DNA of 64,000 nucleotides, from assembly GCA_951406725.2 (NCBI GenBank), contig OX597819.1, forward strand, positions 121,954,001 through 122,018,000, read 5' to 3'. This stretch comes from Octopus vulgaris. Lineage: Eukaryota. Of the stretch, positions 27,562 to 41,429 are shown piece by piece (the first letter of the stretch is position 1; each line of letters begins with the position of its first letter). Made by a program: the position numbers and the translations under genes. The notes below the pieces were generated by a model. It ran no database searches, was not told where the DNA came from, and worked only from the letters and a program-made list of their open reading frames with translations.

Positions 27562-29600
27562 GAAAGAAGAAAGACCTAAGTATGGCCTGGATCGACTACC
27601 GAAAGGCTTTTGACAGCATCCCCCACACATGGATCCTAGAAACACTAGCCATAAACATTGAATCACCAATAATTATAAAATATATAAGACACTTTATGAA
27701 AATAAGGCCGACAGTGCTACAGCTCCAAACAAAAGAGTGACTTGTGAAACACAAAGCCATCCCCATTAGAAGAGGAATATTCCAGGGAGACACGCTCTCT
27801 CCACTCCTTTTCTGCTTGGCGCTGACACCTTTATCTGACATGTTAAATAGAACTGGATGCAGATACAAACGTTACGGTAAAACAATTACCCAACTCTTAT
27901 ATATGGCTAACCTAAAACTATACGCTACAAATGATAAACAGCTGGAAACACTACTAAAGACAGTTCATGCATTCACTAAAGAAATTTTTATGAAATTTGG
28001 CTTAGAAAAATGTGCCACAGCAAACTTGAAAAGAGGAAAACTGCCTTAGAGTAGCGACATCACACTAGACAAAGCCAATGAAATAAGAGAATTAGACCAA
28101 AGCCAAACTTACAAATATTTAGGAATCCATGAATGAGATAAGACACAACACACACAAATGAAAGAGAAAATAAAGAAAGAATACTATAGACGAGTTAGAT
28201 CAATACTGAAAACAGAGCTCAATACTAAAAACAAGGTAATAGGTATCAACACTCTAGCAATCCCAGTTGTAATTTACAGCTACAATATCCTTAACTGGAC
28301 ACTAAATGAACTAACCAAAACAGACAGGAAAATAAGAAAAATAATGACAGGATCTGGGATGCACCACCTAAAATCCGACATAGAAAGACTATATATACAA
28401 CGTATAGAAGGTGGTAGAGGCCTTATACAGCTGGAAAACGATTATAGAATAACCCTCATAGGACTGCAAAAATATCTACTTAAGAAGCTAATACAAATAG
28501 CCACAAAATAAAAACTGTTTTCAGTATTTAAGGAAGCTGACAAATACAAAAAAGAAATCATACCACCTAACAAATAAGAAGAAGCGGAAGACGAAGAAGA
28601 AGAAGAAGAAGAAGAAGAAGAAGAAGAAGAAGAAGAAGAAGAAGAAGAAGAAGAAGAAGAAGAAGAAGAAGAAACTACAAAAGCTATAAAACAAATGAAA
28701 GCCAAACTAAAACTAGAACAGCAACGAACCATGATAAAACGATGGCAAAAAATCCCCTTCATGGCAAATACTTGGCTAAACTAAATGCAAAAGAAATAGA
28801 CAAAGAAAAATCCCAGCAATGGTTGAGAAGCTCAGGACTCAAAGCAGAGACAGAGGGATTTTTAATTACAGCACAAAACCAAAGCCTCCCCATCAGAAAT
28901 TACTAAAAACATGTAATGAAAAGAAATATAACAAGTAACTGCAGAATATGTGGAGATGGACAAGAAACAATAAATCATATTATCTCTGGCTGCCCAGTCC
29001 TGGTTAAGAAGGAATATATTCACAGACACGACGGAGTTTGGACCTACATACACTAGAAGCTATGCCAACATTATGGAATAACAACAGAAAAAAGATGGTA
29101 TAGGCACACACCAGAAAAGGTCACGGAAAACGAGAAAGCAACCATACTCTGGGATATGTCAATACACACAGATAGAGAAATTAAGGCCAACATACCAGAT
29201 ATAGTTGTCAGGAGTCATGAAAAAAAAAATGCTTTCTAATTGATGTATCAATACCAGCAGATAACGTTTCTCTAAAAGAAATGGAGAAACTTTCAAAATA
29301 TAAAGACCTGGAAATAGAGGTAACTAGAATGTGGAATCTAAAAACAGAAACAATTCATATCATAGTGTGCGCATTAGGTATGATAAAAAAATATTCAGAC
29401 AAATACATAACAAAAACACCAGGACTTACAAACACATATAACATACAGAAAATTGCACTACTAGGCACTGCACACATCCTACACAGAACACTTTCAATAC
29501 AGTAACCATCAGAGCATCACAACAAATCACAGTACATACCCAAGGCAGACAGGAGCTGCGCTCGGTAGTGAAGTGAAAGCACATTATAAAAATAAAACTA
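27562..29600 (+). mobile_element. Second R4/Dong-clade LINE (5'-truncated; RT, CCHC zinc knuckle, RLE, 3' UTR)
   Basis: LSMAWIDYRKAFDSIPH, RRGIFQGDTLSPLLFCLAL, LLYMANLKLY (mutated YMDD), CRICGDGQETINHIISGC..HRHD, PDIVV..LIDVSIP..KYKDLEIE. Ends in (AAT)n; has an internal (GAA)n expansion. Confidence 0.9.
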
Positions 29601-29605
29601 CTGAA

Positions 29606-29853
<248 letters not shown>

Positions 29854-29855
29854 AA

Positions 29856-31700
29856 TGCCCTGATGCAGTACCGGGCAGTGGCTTTCGTGGCTTCTTATCT
29901 TAACTGATTGGAAGTGTTACGAGGGGCGTTCAATAAGTAATGCCCCTGACCCACTTCGCAAACAGTAGAGCAACGAAACTTGGCACAGTTATTAGTCCTT
30001 TTATACATAGGAAGCACCCAGAGTTACGCATTTCTCCCATCGTTTGATGCAGCTCTGGAGACCGTTTTTGTAGAAGACCCCAGCTTATTCCTCCAACCAC
30101 GACGTGACTTCAGAAATCAAGGCTGCATCATCTGGGAAACGCTTTCCTTTCAAAAACAACTTCATGGCTGGGAAGAGGTGAAAATGAGAGGGTGTAAGGT
30201 CAGGAGAGTAGGGGGATGGGGGAGGATTTCATAGCCGCACGCCTGTGCTTCTGATCTGGCGACACGCGAGTTGTGGACCGGAGCGTTGTCCTGAAGGAGG
30301 AGGATGCCTTTGCTGATCTTGCCCCGCCTCTTGATTTTGATAGCTTCTCTTAATTTCCTCAAAAGTGAAGCATAATAGGCTCCTGTAATTGTGGTACCCT
30401 TTGCCAGGAAATCTGTCGTCACTACTCCGTCCTGGTCCCAGAAGACTGTGAGCATGACCTTGCCAGCGGAGGGCTGCACCCTTGCCTTCTTTGGAGGAGG
30501 TGAGTCACGGTGATTCCACTGCATTGACTGGGCTTGGGTCTCTGGATCATAGTGATGGACCCAGGTTTCATCCTGTGTAATTAGTCTTTTGAAAAATTTT
30601 GACTCATCTTCTTGGCACATCTCCAAATTCATCCTCGAACACTCGACGCGTTCTTGCTTCTGGAAAGGTGTGAGCAACCTGGGAATCCATCTGGCAGACA
30701 CCTTTTGCATATGCAAATGGTCATGAATGATAGTTTCCACAGATCCGGTACTAATCTTGACCTCGTGAGCTATTTGGCGAATAGTTATGCGTCAATCTTC
30801 CAAAATGGCAGCCTCAACTTGACGGACAAATGCCTCATCAATGGCAGAAGGGGGCGACCAGATCTGGGAGCTGTTTCCACAGAGTTCCGACCATGTTTGA
30901 ATTCACGATGCCAGCGTTTTACAAGGTCATTTGATGGGGCATCATCACCATAAGTTACTTTCATTTCATCAAAAGTCTCCCGTGGTGTGCGTCCTTTCAA
31001 ATACAAAAACTGGATCACTGCTCGACACTCAACAGGCTCCATTTCACACTTGACTCAGTTCAAACACCTGTAAATCAGAAACCACAATTAGTACAGAGCT
31101 GTAATTTACTACTTAATCTGTAGAGATATGAATAATTGCACATGCAAATTTTCAGCTAGATCAAACAGCTGCAAGTGGGTCAGGGGCATTACTTATTGAG
31201 CGTCCCTCGTATCATGTACATTGTTTTGTCTTGGTATAAAAGGTGGGCTACAGCAAATATTCTGCTCAATACCACAGATTTGCTTGTCAGTTGTTTGACC
31301 TTAACCAGTTGACCATGTCCCTTAGTGGCTGATGATATGTGCATCCCTGATCATGAGCAGAAGTAGTGGGGGAGCATCATAGCCGTGTGTTGAAAGGAAT
31401 TTTTAGAGGTTTGGATAATTCACCTCTGGAAACATGAGTGGTTCGTTCAATATCCTTAAACAACCCTTATTCAGAGACCTTTTGAGTGGGATGAGTTACT
31501 CGAGCAGAAGAAAATTCTAACTGGCCCCCACCTGTAAGATCATGCACTGTTAATCTTGATATGAGATCACTATGTCGCGCACATATGGTTGTGATGCATA
31601 TGCCTGGTTTACCCTTATCAGACGAGTAGTCATGATGGGTATACTGGGCTTCGTATATTTTCACCCCAGTGTCACTCAGATGGTATGCACTGCTCTAATG
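29856..31700 (+). mobile_element. Non-coding repeat of about 550 bp (probable LINE 3' UTR or non-autonomous element) split by the mariner
   Basis: Flanks rejoin as GAAGTGT-TA-TCATGTAC. Its 3' end (GGGCTTCGTATA...ACCCCAGTG.CAC) recurs at about 19575-19665 before (AAT)n. Confidence 0.55.
29920..31209 (-). mobile_element. Full-length mariner (1290 bp, irritans/Himar-like), transposase broken by frameshifts
   Basis: 37-bp TIRs CGAGGG(G/A)CG(T/C)TCAATAAGTAATGCCCCTGACCCACTT with TA TSD. MEPVECRAVIQFL..., WIPRLL, TQDETWVHHYDPE, LQDNAPVH, LPHPP. Confidence 0.95.
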
Positions 31701-31995
31701 ATGATTCTAAGATTTTTCGACAAGGAACAAACATAGTACCTCCCCGATCACAGATTCTGCCTTTCCCCTTTAATAAAGTAAGCTCAGAAATTTTTGATTA
31801 TCTGATTTCAGTCCTCCCTCTCTTGTACTCGCATTGTTTTTAAAGATACTCGTAGAGCAAAAACCCTCTCTCACCTCTCTCATTCTCTCTCTCACTCCCC
31901 CTCCCTCTCTCTCCCTCTTTCTCTCTATCTCACTTCCTCAGACCCCAACAGACGCGCACACACATCAACACATAGACACACATATACACACTCAC

Positions 31996-32029
<34 letters not shown>

Positions 32030-32348
32030 GTACATATACATACATACACACATACAAACATACATAATACATACATACATACATACATACATACATACAT
32101 ACATACTTTCAGATTTATCGATTAGTATCAATGGAGTTACTTCGCCAACCACAACTCCAAACTTTGTATTTCCACATTGCTCCAGTCGCTGCCTAAGCTG
32201 TATATGGATAATCTTGTGGTGGACTAGCATCTCGTTCAAGAGCATATTGTGATCTCGGTGACTTATACGCCATGGAAACCGTGCAATCGGCAGACTGAAT
32301 CCTAAGGCTCGACCCAGGAGGAATTTACTTTGCTTTCTACTCTATCGT

Positions 32349-32635
32349 GGAGGCGCAATGGCCCAGTGGTTAGAGCAGTGGACTCGCGGTTTCGATTCCC
32401 AGATCGGGCGTTGTGTGTGTTATTGAGCAAAAACACCTAAAAGCTCCACGATCTCCGGCAGGGGTGGTGGCGACCCCTGTTGTACTCTTTCGCCCCAACT
32501 TTCTCTCTTTATTCCTGTTTCTTGAGTAACGCTGCGATGGACTGGCGTCCCGTCCAGCTGGTTGGAAACACATACGCTAGAGAAACCGGGAAACCGGGCC
32601 CATGAGCCTGGCTAGGCTTGAAAAGGGCGCATAGA
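32349..32635 (+). mobile_element. SINE head A plus tail 2
   Basis: Head A followed by CTGCGATGGACTGGCGTCCCGTCCAG...AAAAGGGCGCATA. Confidence 0.85.
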
Positions 32636-34494
32636 TAAATAAATAATTTATGCTATCTCTGTTTGCTTAAACGTTGGTAACAGCTAACACATCACCAAGG
32701 AATTACATCCTCCTGTTGCGTGGGTGTGTGGCGCTGTATCAAGAAAGTGGTTTATCTCTCATCTACGCGACATGAAATGAAAGATATTCATCTACTCTGA
32801 AGATTTTCCCTTTAGGTTATATCTTAATGGACTCGCATCAATAAATGACCATCAGCCTCGTTCGATCAATTAGAAATAGCAGCCACAGTTTCAAAAATCA
32901 ATAGTATCGTTTTAAAGTCGGAGGAAGGATACACTAGACAATGTTGTCGTAGATATTGTGTCGTAGAAAGTAGAAATGACAGGAAACAGCGTCTACAATT
33001 ACAATGAAAGGCGCAGCATCATCCCTCCATCCCTCCATCCATTTTCTCTGCTCGCTATCCCTAGCAAGACTGAGTCTAAAGATATTATCCAAGAATCTCG
33101 TTGATGGCCAGGGTCAGGTTTCCGGTAGGCTTTATTTGAAGAAACCAGCAATTATTTTCTGTGATATTCTAATCACATGTCCGAAGTATTGGAGCAGCGA
33201 CCACCTCCCAATGCAGAGCAGTAGCTGCTCGAACTGGAGCGACTCGTTTCACAGACCACCAAAAGCTGCAATAGGAAAAGGAGGGGTGTGATTTTGAAGT
33301 TAAATCTGATAACTAAAGAGACAAAGCATGGAATTAGGGATACATGAAATCTAGAGTTTCAACTGTAGGGACACATTTAAGATAATCAGTTCTTCGGAAT
33401 TGTGTTTTCAAAATGTCTATTTACAGCACAATTATAACTGTTCCCACCACTCAATTCCTAGTTCCTCACCTATTTCACTGATTCCTCTTTATCAGTATTA
33501 TTTGCTGCATTATCCATGTGATCGCTTCCACAAGCACCTATGCGATATTCGCAATAATATCTAAGCACACAACAAACCTGAGGCAAGACATTTCAGTTTG
33601 CCTGCTAGGTTCATCTTCAGGTTTCCGGGATCTCTTTCATACCGTTGAGACGATATCTTCAAGCGTACACAGAAACATTTCGTCTTTAACCTAAGAAACT
33701 TCCGCTACTTCCGACATTTATTTCCCTAATCGACTTGCCATTCTCTAACAACTTTACAATTTCACAACCACGATACTATTTTACCTTAAGCTTTTTTTCC
33801 TGACTTTAACAGTCTCCTTTTGCGTGTGAAAATAAGTCACCTTGTTTCTTTAGTTTGCATTCTTATTAATCACGCTAAAGATGTGTTTTCTCCTGACCTT
33901 TAAGCCCAACTCTAACTAAATTTACGTAACAGAAAAATATCTGATTAATTGCCTCCCCTTTTTGAACGCTCTCCAAAACTTGTGTTATTCAGATTTTTCT
34001 CTCCTTTCTTCTTCACACTGTATTTTCCCACCTAATTTAAATCCTTATCATATTCTCTTTTTATATCTTCAACTTTACACATAATCTAGTCATTCTTACA
34101 ATCAGAAAATGTTCCCCCCCACTTATAGAATCTGCCCAAAATGTTTCATGTTCTCTCTGCACTGCAAATTAAATTATTCAGCTTTTCAACTTTTCTGACT
34201 CATCAATAATCGAAGGAAACCAGCACTACTCTCTATCTATATTTCATGATTTTGTTTAAGAATAGCAGTACTAATAAATGGTTGTTAGGCCTGAATATAC
34301 TTAAGCTTTCAAGTAAACTACCAGTTGAATAAAAAGCGTCAGGCCTAATACCAATTCAGGAATGACAAACAGAACCTATTAGCTATCACATACACCCAGT
34401 ATTGACTGCACTGCTTAGTATTGCAGTAATAGCTGTAAGCTACTGGAAGTGGTTACGTAGTTCTTGTTCAATAGCTATTATGCTTTATACATGC

Positions 34495-34574
<80 letters not shown>

Positions 34575-34688
34575 AGGCGCAATGGCCCAGTGGTTAGGGC
34601 AGCGGACTCGCGGTTGTAGGATCGCAGTTTAGATTCCCAGACCGGGCGGTGTGAGTGTTTATTGAGCGAAAACACCTAAAACTCCACA

Positions 34689-34750
<62 letters not shown>

Positions 34751-35394
34751 TTTGAAGTATATTGTTTCAATAAAGGGACATTCCCGGACGAAAATCGCAG
34801 CTTAGGGATTTTCAACGATACACATACGTTATGTATATTGTATAAATAAAGATTTTACCATAGAGCTGTATCGTTGCATAAGGAATTATATTTTGTTTAT
34901 GGGATGCCTTTGAAAACCAGGGTGTAAATTATATACTATCTCTGTATGCTGCATAATAAGTGAATCGATTATTTTTCAGAAGTGACACCAGTGTGTGATA
35001 TTGACAAGCCGCATCAACGGAGAAATACGTACCTATCGCTCTCGCGGTCCCTCCTGTCATAATTTCGTTCCGTCCAGCTCTAAAGTATATTGTGCCTTTT
35101 TAACACAATAACAAGGGATTCTTTTGTGGATGAAAATCGCAGCTTCTAATAATTCAGCTGCACGCAAACATTAAGTATTGTATATTGATAGAGGTTGTAC
35201 ATTAGAGCTGCCACCATTGCATAATTCAATATGTACATATAAGCATATACATAAATCTGTACATACATATCTACATACATACGTACGTAGAAACATACAT
35301 ATCTACATAAATACATACATACATACATACATGCATATTTAAAACATTTTACTTTACGTCCATCGATGTTTGATATTATATCATCAAAACAATA

Positions 35395-35431
<37 letters not shown>

Positions 35432-36142
35432 CAGATGTTTGCCGTATGTTGTGACCTAATTTTGAATGTAACATCATGAATGTTAAGTGAAACAAATGCC
35501 CTCAAGCTATTTCCACTATATGCACATACATGACACAGATGCATATATATATCTGTGTGTGTAAGTACCCGTGTGTGTACAGACACATACACACACATAC
35601 AAGTATGTGTGTAAAGGAAGGGGAAGAAAATGAAGATTGTGAAGATAATGACTTTATTATCAACAACAAATCGAATATCATTCATTTATCCTAATTTTAT
35701 CTGTACATATAAAAGACAGGATGTTTGTGTGTATGTGTGCGTGCGTGCATGAACTTAATTTATGCAAGTCCACAATTTAGAGCACGCATGTCGCTCCAAT
35801 TTTAGAAGGGCATTCGTTATAATCTTAGCTGTATTTTCGTCAACTTATTTTTTCCCAGAGGCATCAGCGAATAGCAGTAAAAATAAATGTCCAACCAAAA
35901 CTTTTAACAATTTTCCAGTCGGAGAAATCACCATTGTTTGCAAACAGGGGTTAAGTCCCTTTCTAGCGACGAGTAAGTTTTTAAGACTTCTGTTGTTGTT
36001 TTTTTCCATCGAGGAAAAAGTGTTTTGTTGATATACAGGCAACACGCACACACACATACACACACACACGAACATTTATGCGTACAAAAAACATGTTTGC
36101 AATAGGTGTACGTACGTGTGTTTATGTTTGTGTGTGTTGCCC

Positions 36143-36186
<44 letters not shown>

Positions 36187-36301
36187 CAATTTCAACGGAT
36201 TTCGCCCAAATTCGACGTCGATGTTACTTTGGTTTGATATAAAGAAATTGGTAATCCTAACTTAATCCCGGGCAAAGCCGTATCATACTGCTTGTATGTA
36301 C

Positions 36302-36395
<94 letters not shown>

Positions 36396-36637
36396 TTGTG
36401 TGTCTGTTTATCCCCCATCGCTTGATAACCGATGTTGGTTTGTTTACGAATAAGCGCTTGGCTTACAAGGAATGAGTTCTGGGGTCGGTTTAATCGACTA
36501 AAGGCGGTGCCCCAGCGGTGCTCCAACATATCCGCAATCAAATGACTGAAACAAGTAAAAGAATAAAACAATACAAGAGTAAATATACATATATACATAC
36601 ATACAAGAGTAAATATACATATATACATACATACAAA

Positions 36638-36672
<35 letters not shown>

Positions 36673-36923
36673 TTGAATACTGTTAGTTTTGTAGCTTAGC
36701 TTAATCTAAAAACCAACACTAGCGTCATTGTGAGGTGAAAATTGTATTCATATTGTTCAGATGTCAAATAGAAGTTGAATACGAAACTGTAGGTAAAGGT
36801 GTGAAAAACGGTGGGAGTGCAACGGCTTTAGACAGTGTGTGATGAAAGTTGCAGTAAGAGGGAAATGTTTATGAAGCAGTGCCCACTTCTTTACTGTTTA
36901 CAGATGCACACACCCGTATGTGT

Positions 36924-36932
36924 GCGTGTGTT

Positions 36933-36993
<61 letters not shown>

Positions 36994-37425
36994 GTATGTA
37001 TATATATATATGTATGTATATATATATATGTATGTATATATATATATGTATGTATATATATATGCACACATATGCGTGAATATGTATCGATGTGTTTATA
37101 TATATGCTGCATGTATGTATGTATGTATATATATGTAATTTGCCATTCCTTCAGGATAAAATGGGAAGTGAATACCCAAGAACAGAGGTGCAGAAATTTA
37201 TGTTGAATGTGTGTTTAACCGTCCCTTACGTATATATATATATATATATATATATACATGCCTGGATATATATATATGTATGTATTTATGTATGTGTATA
37301 AACATACATGTATGCATATCTGAGATAGAAATGCAGCAGGGAGCAAGAAAGATCCTAAACGAAAGATCGCCGACGCGTAGAGGTCTGTTGATATTGGGGG
37401 GAGGGCGTCAGATTTTTGCTCTGTA

Positions 37426-37469
<44 letters not shown>

Positions 37470-37674
37470 ACAGACACACACACAGACACACACACACAAA
37501 GACACACACACAGACACACACACAGACACACACACACACAGACACACACACACACACACAGACACACACACACACACACCGACACACAGACACAGACACA
37601 CAGACACACACACAGACACACACACAGACACACACACACACAGACACACACACAGACACATACACACACACACA

Positions 37675-37741
<67 letters not shown>

Positions 37742-37810
37742 ACACAGATATATATATATGTGGTTGGGTGGTCATTTATGTGTATGTATGTATGTATGTA
37801 TGGATATATA
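36924..37810. repeat. (TA)n/(CA)n/(CAGA) compound microsatellite field
   Basis: Direct reading. Accounts for the many HT/CV/YI-rich ORFs. Confidence 0.9.
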
Positions 37811-38475
37811 TGCACATGCATATATTTCGTCACTTGAATGAGGGGTGACTAAGTGTAAAAGCTCAACCGCATTTGTGTGTCTGCCCTCTATTTATTCACT
37901 ATGCAAAGGAGTTAGCAAATCGTCCACAGACACAAAGAAGTGTCGTCTAATCACATTCTTTTCATCGCCCCGTAATTCGACATTTATTTAACTGGAATCA
38001 AATTAAGGGCGTTCACTTAAAAGACCGAGAATTACTATCAGGCTCTTGTTTTTGGGGTTTTTTGTTTTGTTGTTGTTATGGATCTTCAACGTATGAGCGC
38101 GAGGAAGTATATAACTCGCTCCCTTGTCAATAAAGGATATTGTTATACGGGAAGTTTGAAGAGTGTGATTCTGTTTGCTTGTAAAAGTGTGAGGATAAAG
38201 ATAAAGATAATGCGAGTATATACGTGTTTGGATATGTCTGTGTGTATTTGCGTTTCTGTGCGTTTGTGAATAGGTGTGTACATTTATTGACATGTATTTA
38301 TGTATGTGAGCTACTGTGGTTGAAGGCAGGCGCGTATGTATGGTTATAAGGCTATGTCTGAGAATGTGTGGTCGTGATGATGGTTGGAATAAGGTGGTGT
38401 GAGTCTGTTCACAGGTTCCAGTGGGTGGGCTTAAGAAGAAAGTCTGAATGTTCTGATAGATGTACACACACACAA

Positions 38476-38544
<69 letters not shown>

Positions 38545-38549
<5 letters not shown>

Positions 38550-38716
38550 GAGAATTCACAAAAAACAAAAAACAAAAGACGAAGATAGGTAGTGTAGACA
38601 ACAAACAAACGTATTAGTATGACGCTGGGGAAGTGAAAAAGTTTGTAACGTTTCGAGCCTACGCTCTTTCAAAGAAAGGAACAAGGAGAGGAATTAAAGA
38701 ATGTGTAGTGGCTAGC

Positions 38717-38720
<4 letters not shown>
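38545..38720 (-). mobile_element. Penelope-like pLTR remnant with degenerate hammerhead
   Basis: Homologous to 47818-48000. AGAGC-GTAG-GCTC-GAAACGTT is retained but the core is mutated. Confidence 0.5.
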
Positions 38721-38800
<80 letters not shown>

Positions 38801-38848
38801 GAAAGAGATAGATAGATAGATAGATAGATAGTTAGATAGATAGATAGT

Positions 38849-38882
<34 letters not shown>

Positions 38883-38895
38883 TATAGATAGATAA

Positions 38896-38938
<43 letters not shown>

Positions 38939-39286
38939 CTATGAACCCTTGTGATCCCTATTTTACCCAGATGTACTCTTCTAGCCATTCGATATTTAAA
39001 AAGATGACCTTTTCCATTTTTGTAATTATATACTATTTGGAATTGTAGAAATAATTATAAAAATATTTTGTGTGTTGTAGAAGTATAATTAATTTATTGC
39101 AGAAAAATTTTAAACAACAAAATCTTTTGTAGACCCCAATGGGCCTTATGGATCCCGGTCGAGAATCACAGGTTTAGGAGAAGACACTTTTCCGAGGTGC
39201 TACGCAGTGGAACAGAACCCGAAACCATGTTGTTCAGAAGCATGCTTCTTACCATACAGCCTCGCCAGCGCCTAGACATACACACG

Positions 39287-39346
<60 letters not shown>

Positions 39347-40303
39347 TGTGTGTTTAAAAAGCTGAAACAGAGAAGGCGTACACACTATACAAAACTTCTT
39401 TCAAAACGGTTTGTCATTGTTTAATTAATAACATTTTTTCATCTGATTAATGATTAATGATTTCTAATTTAAGCTTATTCTTCTAATATTGTGAATTTAT
39501 CAATAATTCTCTGAAGAATCTTGTATAGTTGTGGTTGTGTGGGAAGTACTTTGCTTCCGAACCACATGGTTCCGCGTAGCTCTTTGGGCAGTTCTCTTCT
39601 ACTATAGATTGTTCCTTCTCAAGCCATGCCTGACTCATAATGGGCCGGTTTCCCGGCTACATTGGCGTATAGGTTCCCCACCTGGACGGGACGCCGGTCC
39701 ATCGCAGGTAGACTGCAATTTGCAGGAGGAAATGATGAGAGAAAGTTGTGGCGAAAGAGTCAGCAGAAGTTCGCCATTACCTTCTGCTGAAAGTGCGTGG
39801 AGCTTAGGTGTTTTGCTCATCAACACACACATTGCCCGGTCTGAGATTCGAACCCGCGATCCCTCGACCGCTGCTCTAACTACTAGTTCATGTGCCTAAA
39901 GATTCGGGCCTATATACGAGGGAGTGCTGGAAAGGTTTGGTTGGTGGCCTAACATTCCGTGTCCTTTTATAGAGCTTAGAAATATTGAAGGACCACTGCA
40001 ATAAGTGTGGGAATCTGAGAGGGGAATATGTTGAATAAAACCATAATTAACTCAGAAAGAGAGAAACACGGAAAGATGCCTGTTTTATTGAAACTCGTGT
40101 TATATTTACTGCTTCCTGTTTAAAAATGGTGTCTCAGAGGCTTAAACACAAGACGCGTATCTTTACACTGCACCTCATAGCATTATATTATTGCAAAAAT
40201 ACGATGCACATCAGAATATGATCCAATATTGCAGAAATTAACCTCAGTGAAGTCACTCTTTCTACCAATATTTATTTCTTTATTTCCTACAGATGAGATG
40301 AGT

Positions 40304-40690
40304 GGAGGCGCAATGGCCCAGTGGTTAGGGCAGCGGACTCGCGGTCGTAGGATCGCGGTTTCGATTCCCAGACCGGGCGTTATGAGTGTTTATTGAGCGA
40401 AAACACCTAAAAGCTCCACGAGGCTCCGGCAGGGATGGTGGTGATCCCTGCTGTACTCTTTCACCACAACTTTCTCTCACTCTTACTTCCTGTTTCTGCT
40501 GTACCTGTATTTCAAAGGGCCGGCCTTGTCACTCTCTGTGTCACGCTGAATATCCCCGAGAACTACGTTAAGGGTACACGTGTCTGTGGAGTGCTCAGCC
40601 ACTTACACGTTAATTTCACGAACAGGCTGTTCCGTTGATTCGGATCAACCGGAACCCTCGTCGTCGTAACCGACGGAGTGCTTCCATCCA
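40304..40690 (+). mobile_element. Full-length SINE, head A plus tail 1
   Basis: TSD ACAGATGAGAT on both sides. Confidence 0.9.
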
Positions 40691-40699
40691 CAGATGAGA

Positions 40700-41429
40700 T
40701 AAACAAAGGGATTAAGTCGTTTATAACGACCCCTGAGAGTTACTGGTACTTATTTAATTCAGCTCGAAAGGATGAAAGGCAAAGTTGACCTCGGCGAAAT
40801 TTGAACTCAGAACATAACGGTAGGAGAAATAGCTATTTCTTTACTACCCACAAGGGTCTAAACACAGAGGGGACAAACAAGGACAGACGAACGGATTAAG
40901 TAGATTATATCGACCCCAGTGCGTAACTGGTACTTATTTAATCGACCCCGAAGGGATGAAAGGCAAAGTCGACCTCGGCGGAATTTGAACTCACAACGTA
41001 AAGATAGACGAAATACCTATTTCTTTATTACCCACAAGGGTCTAAACACAGAGGGGACAAACAAGGACAGACATAGGTATTAAGTCGATTATATCGACCC
41101 CAGTGCGTAACTGGTACTTATTTAATCGACCTTGAAGGGATGAAAGGCAAAGTCGACCTCGGTGGAATTTGAACTCAGAACGTAAAGATAGACGAAATAC
41201 CTATTTCCTTATTACCCACAAGGGGCTAAACATAGAGAGGACAAACATGGACAGACATAGGTATTAAGTCGATTATATCGACCCCAGTGCGTAACTGGTA
41301 CTTATTTAATCGACTCCGAAGCGATGAAAGGCAAAGTCGACCTCGGCGGAATTTGAACTCAGAACGTAAAGATAGACGAAATACCACTAAGCAATTCGCC
41401 CGGCGTGCTAACGTTTCTGCCAGATCGCC
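40700..41429 (-). mobile_element. SINE family B tandem tetramer (one head, three 184-bp units, one partial unit)
   Basis: Unit boundaries at 40833, 41017, 41201 and 41385 (184-bp period). A-box TGGCAGAAACGTTAG in the head; B-box GAGTTCAAATTCC in the units. Confidence 0.9.

Noticed and set aside
33300-34340. Possible ancient LINE fragment on the minus strand
   Set aside because: Composition is suggestive but no diagnostic motif could be read with confidence.
36255-36300. Helitron-like 3' hairpin plus CTAG end
   Set aside because: The hairpin and terminal motif are imperfect and no matching 5' end was identified.
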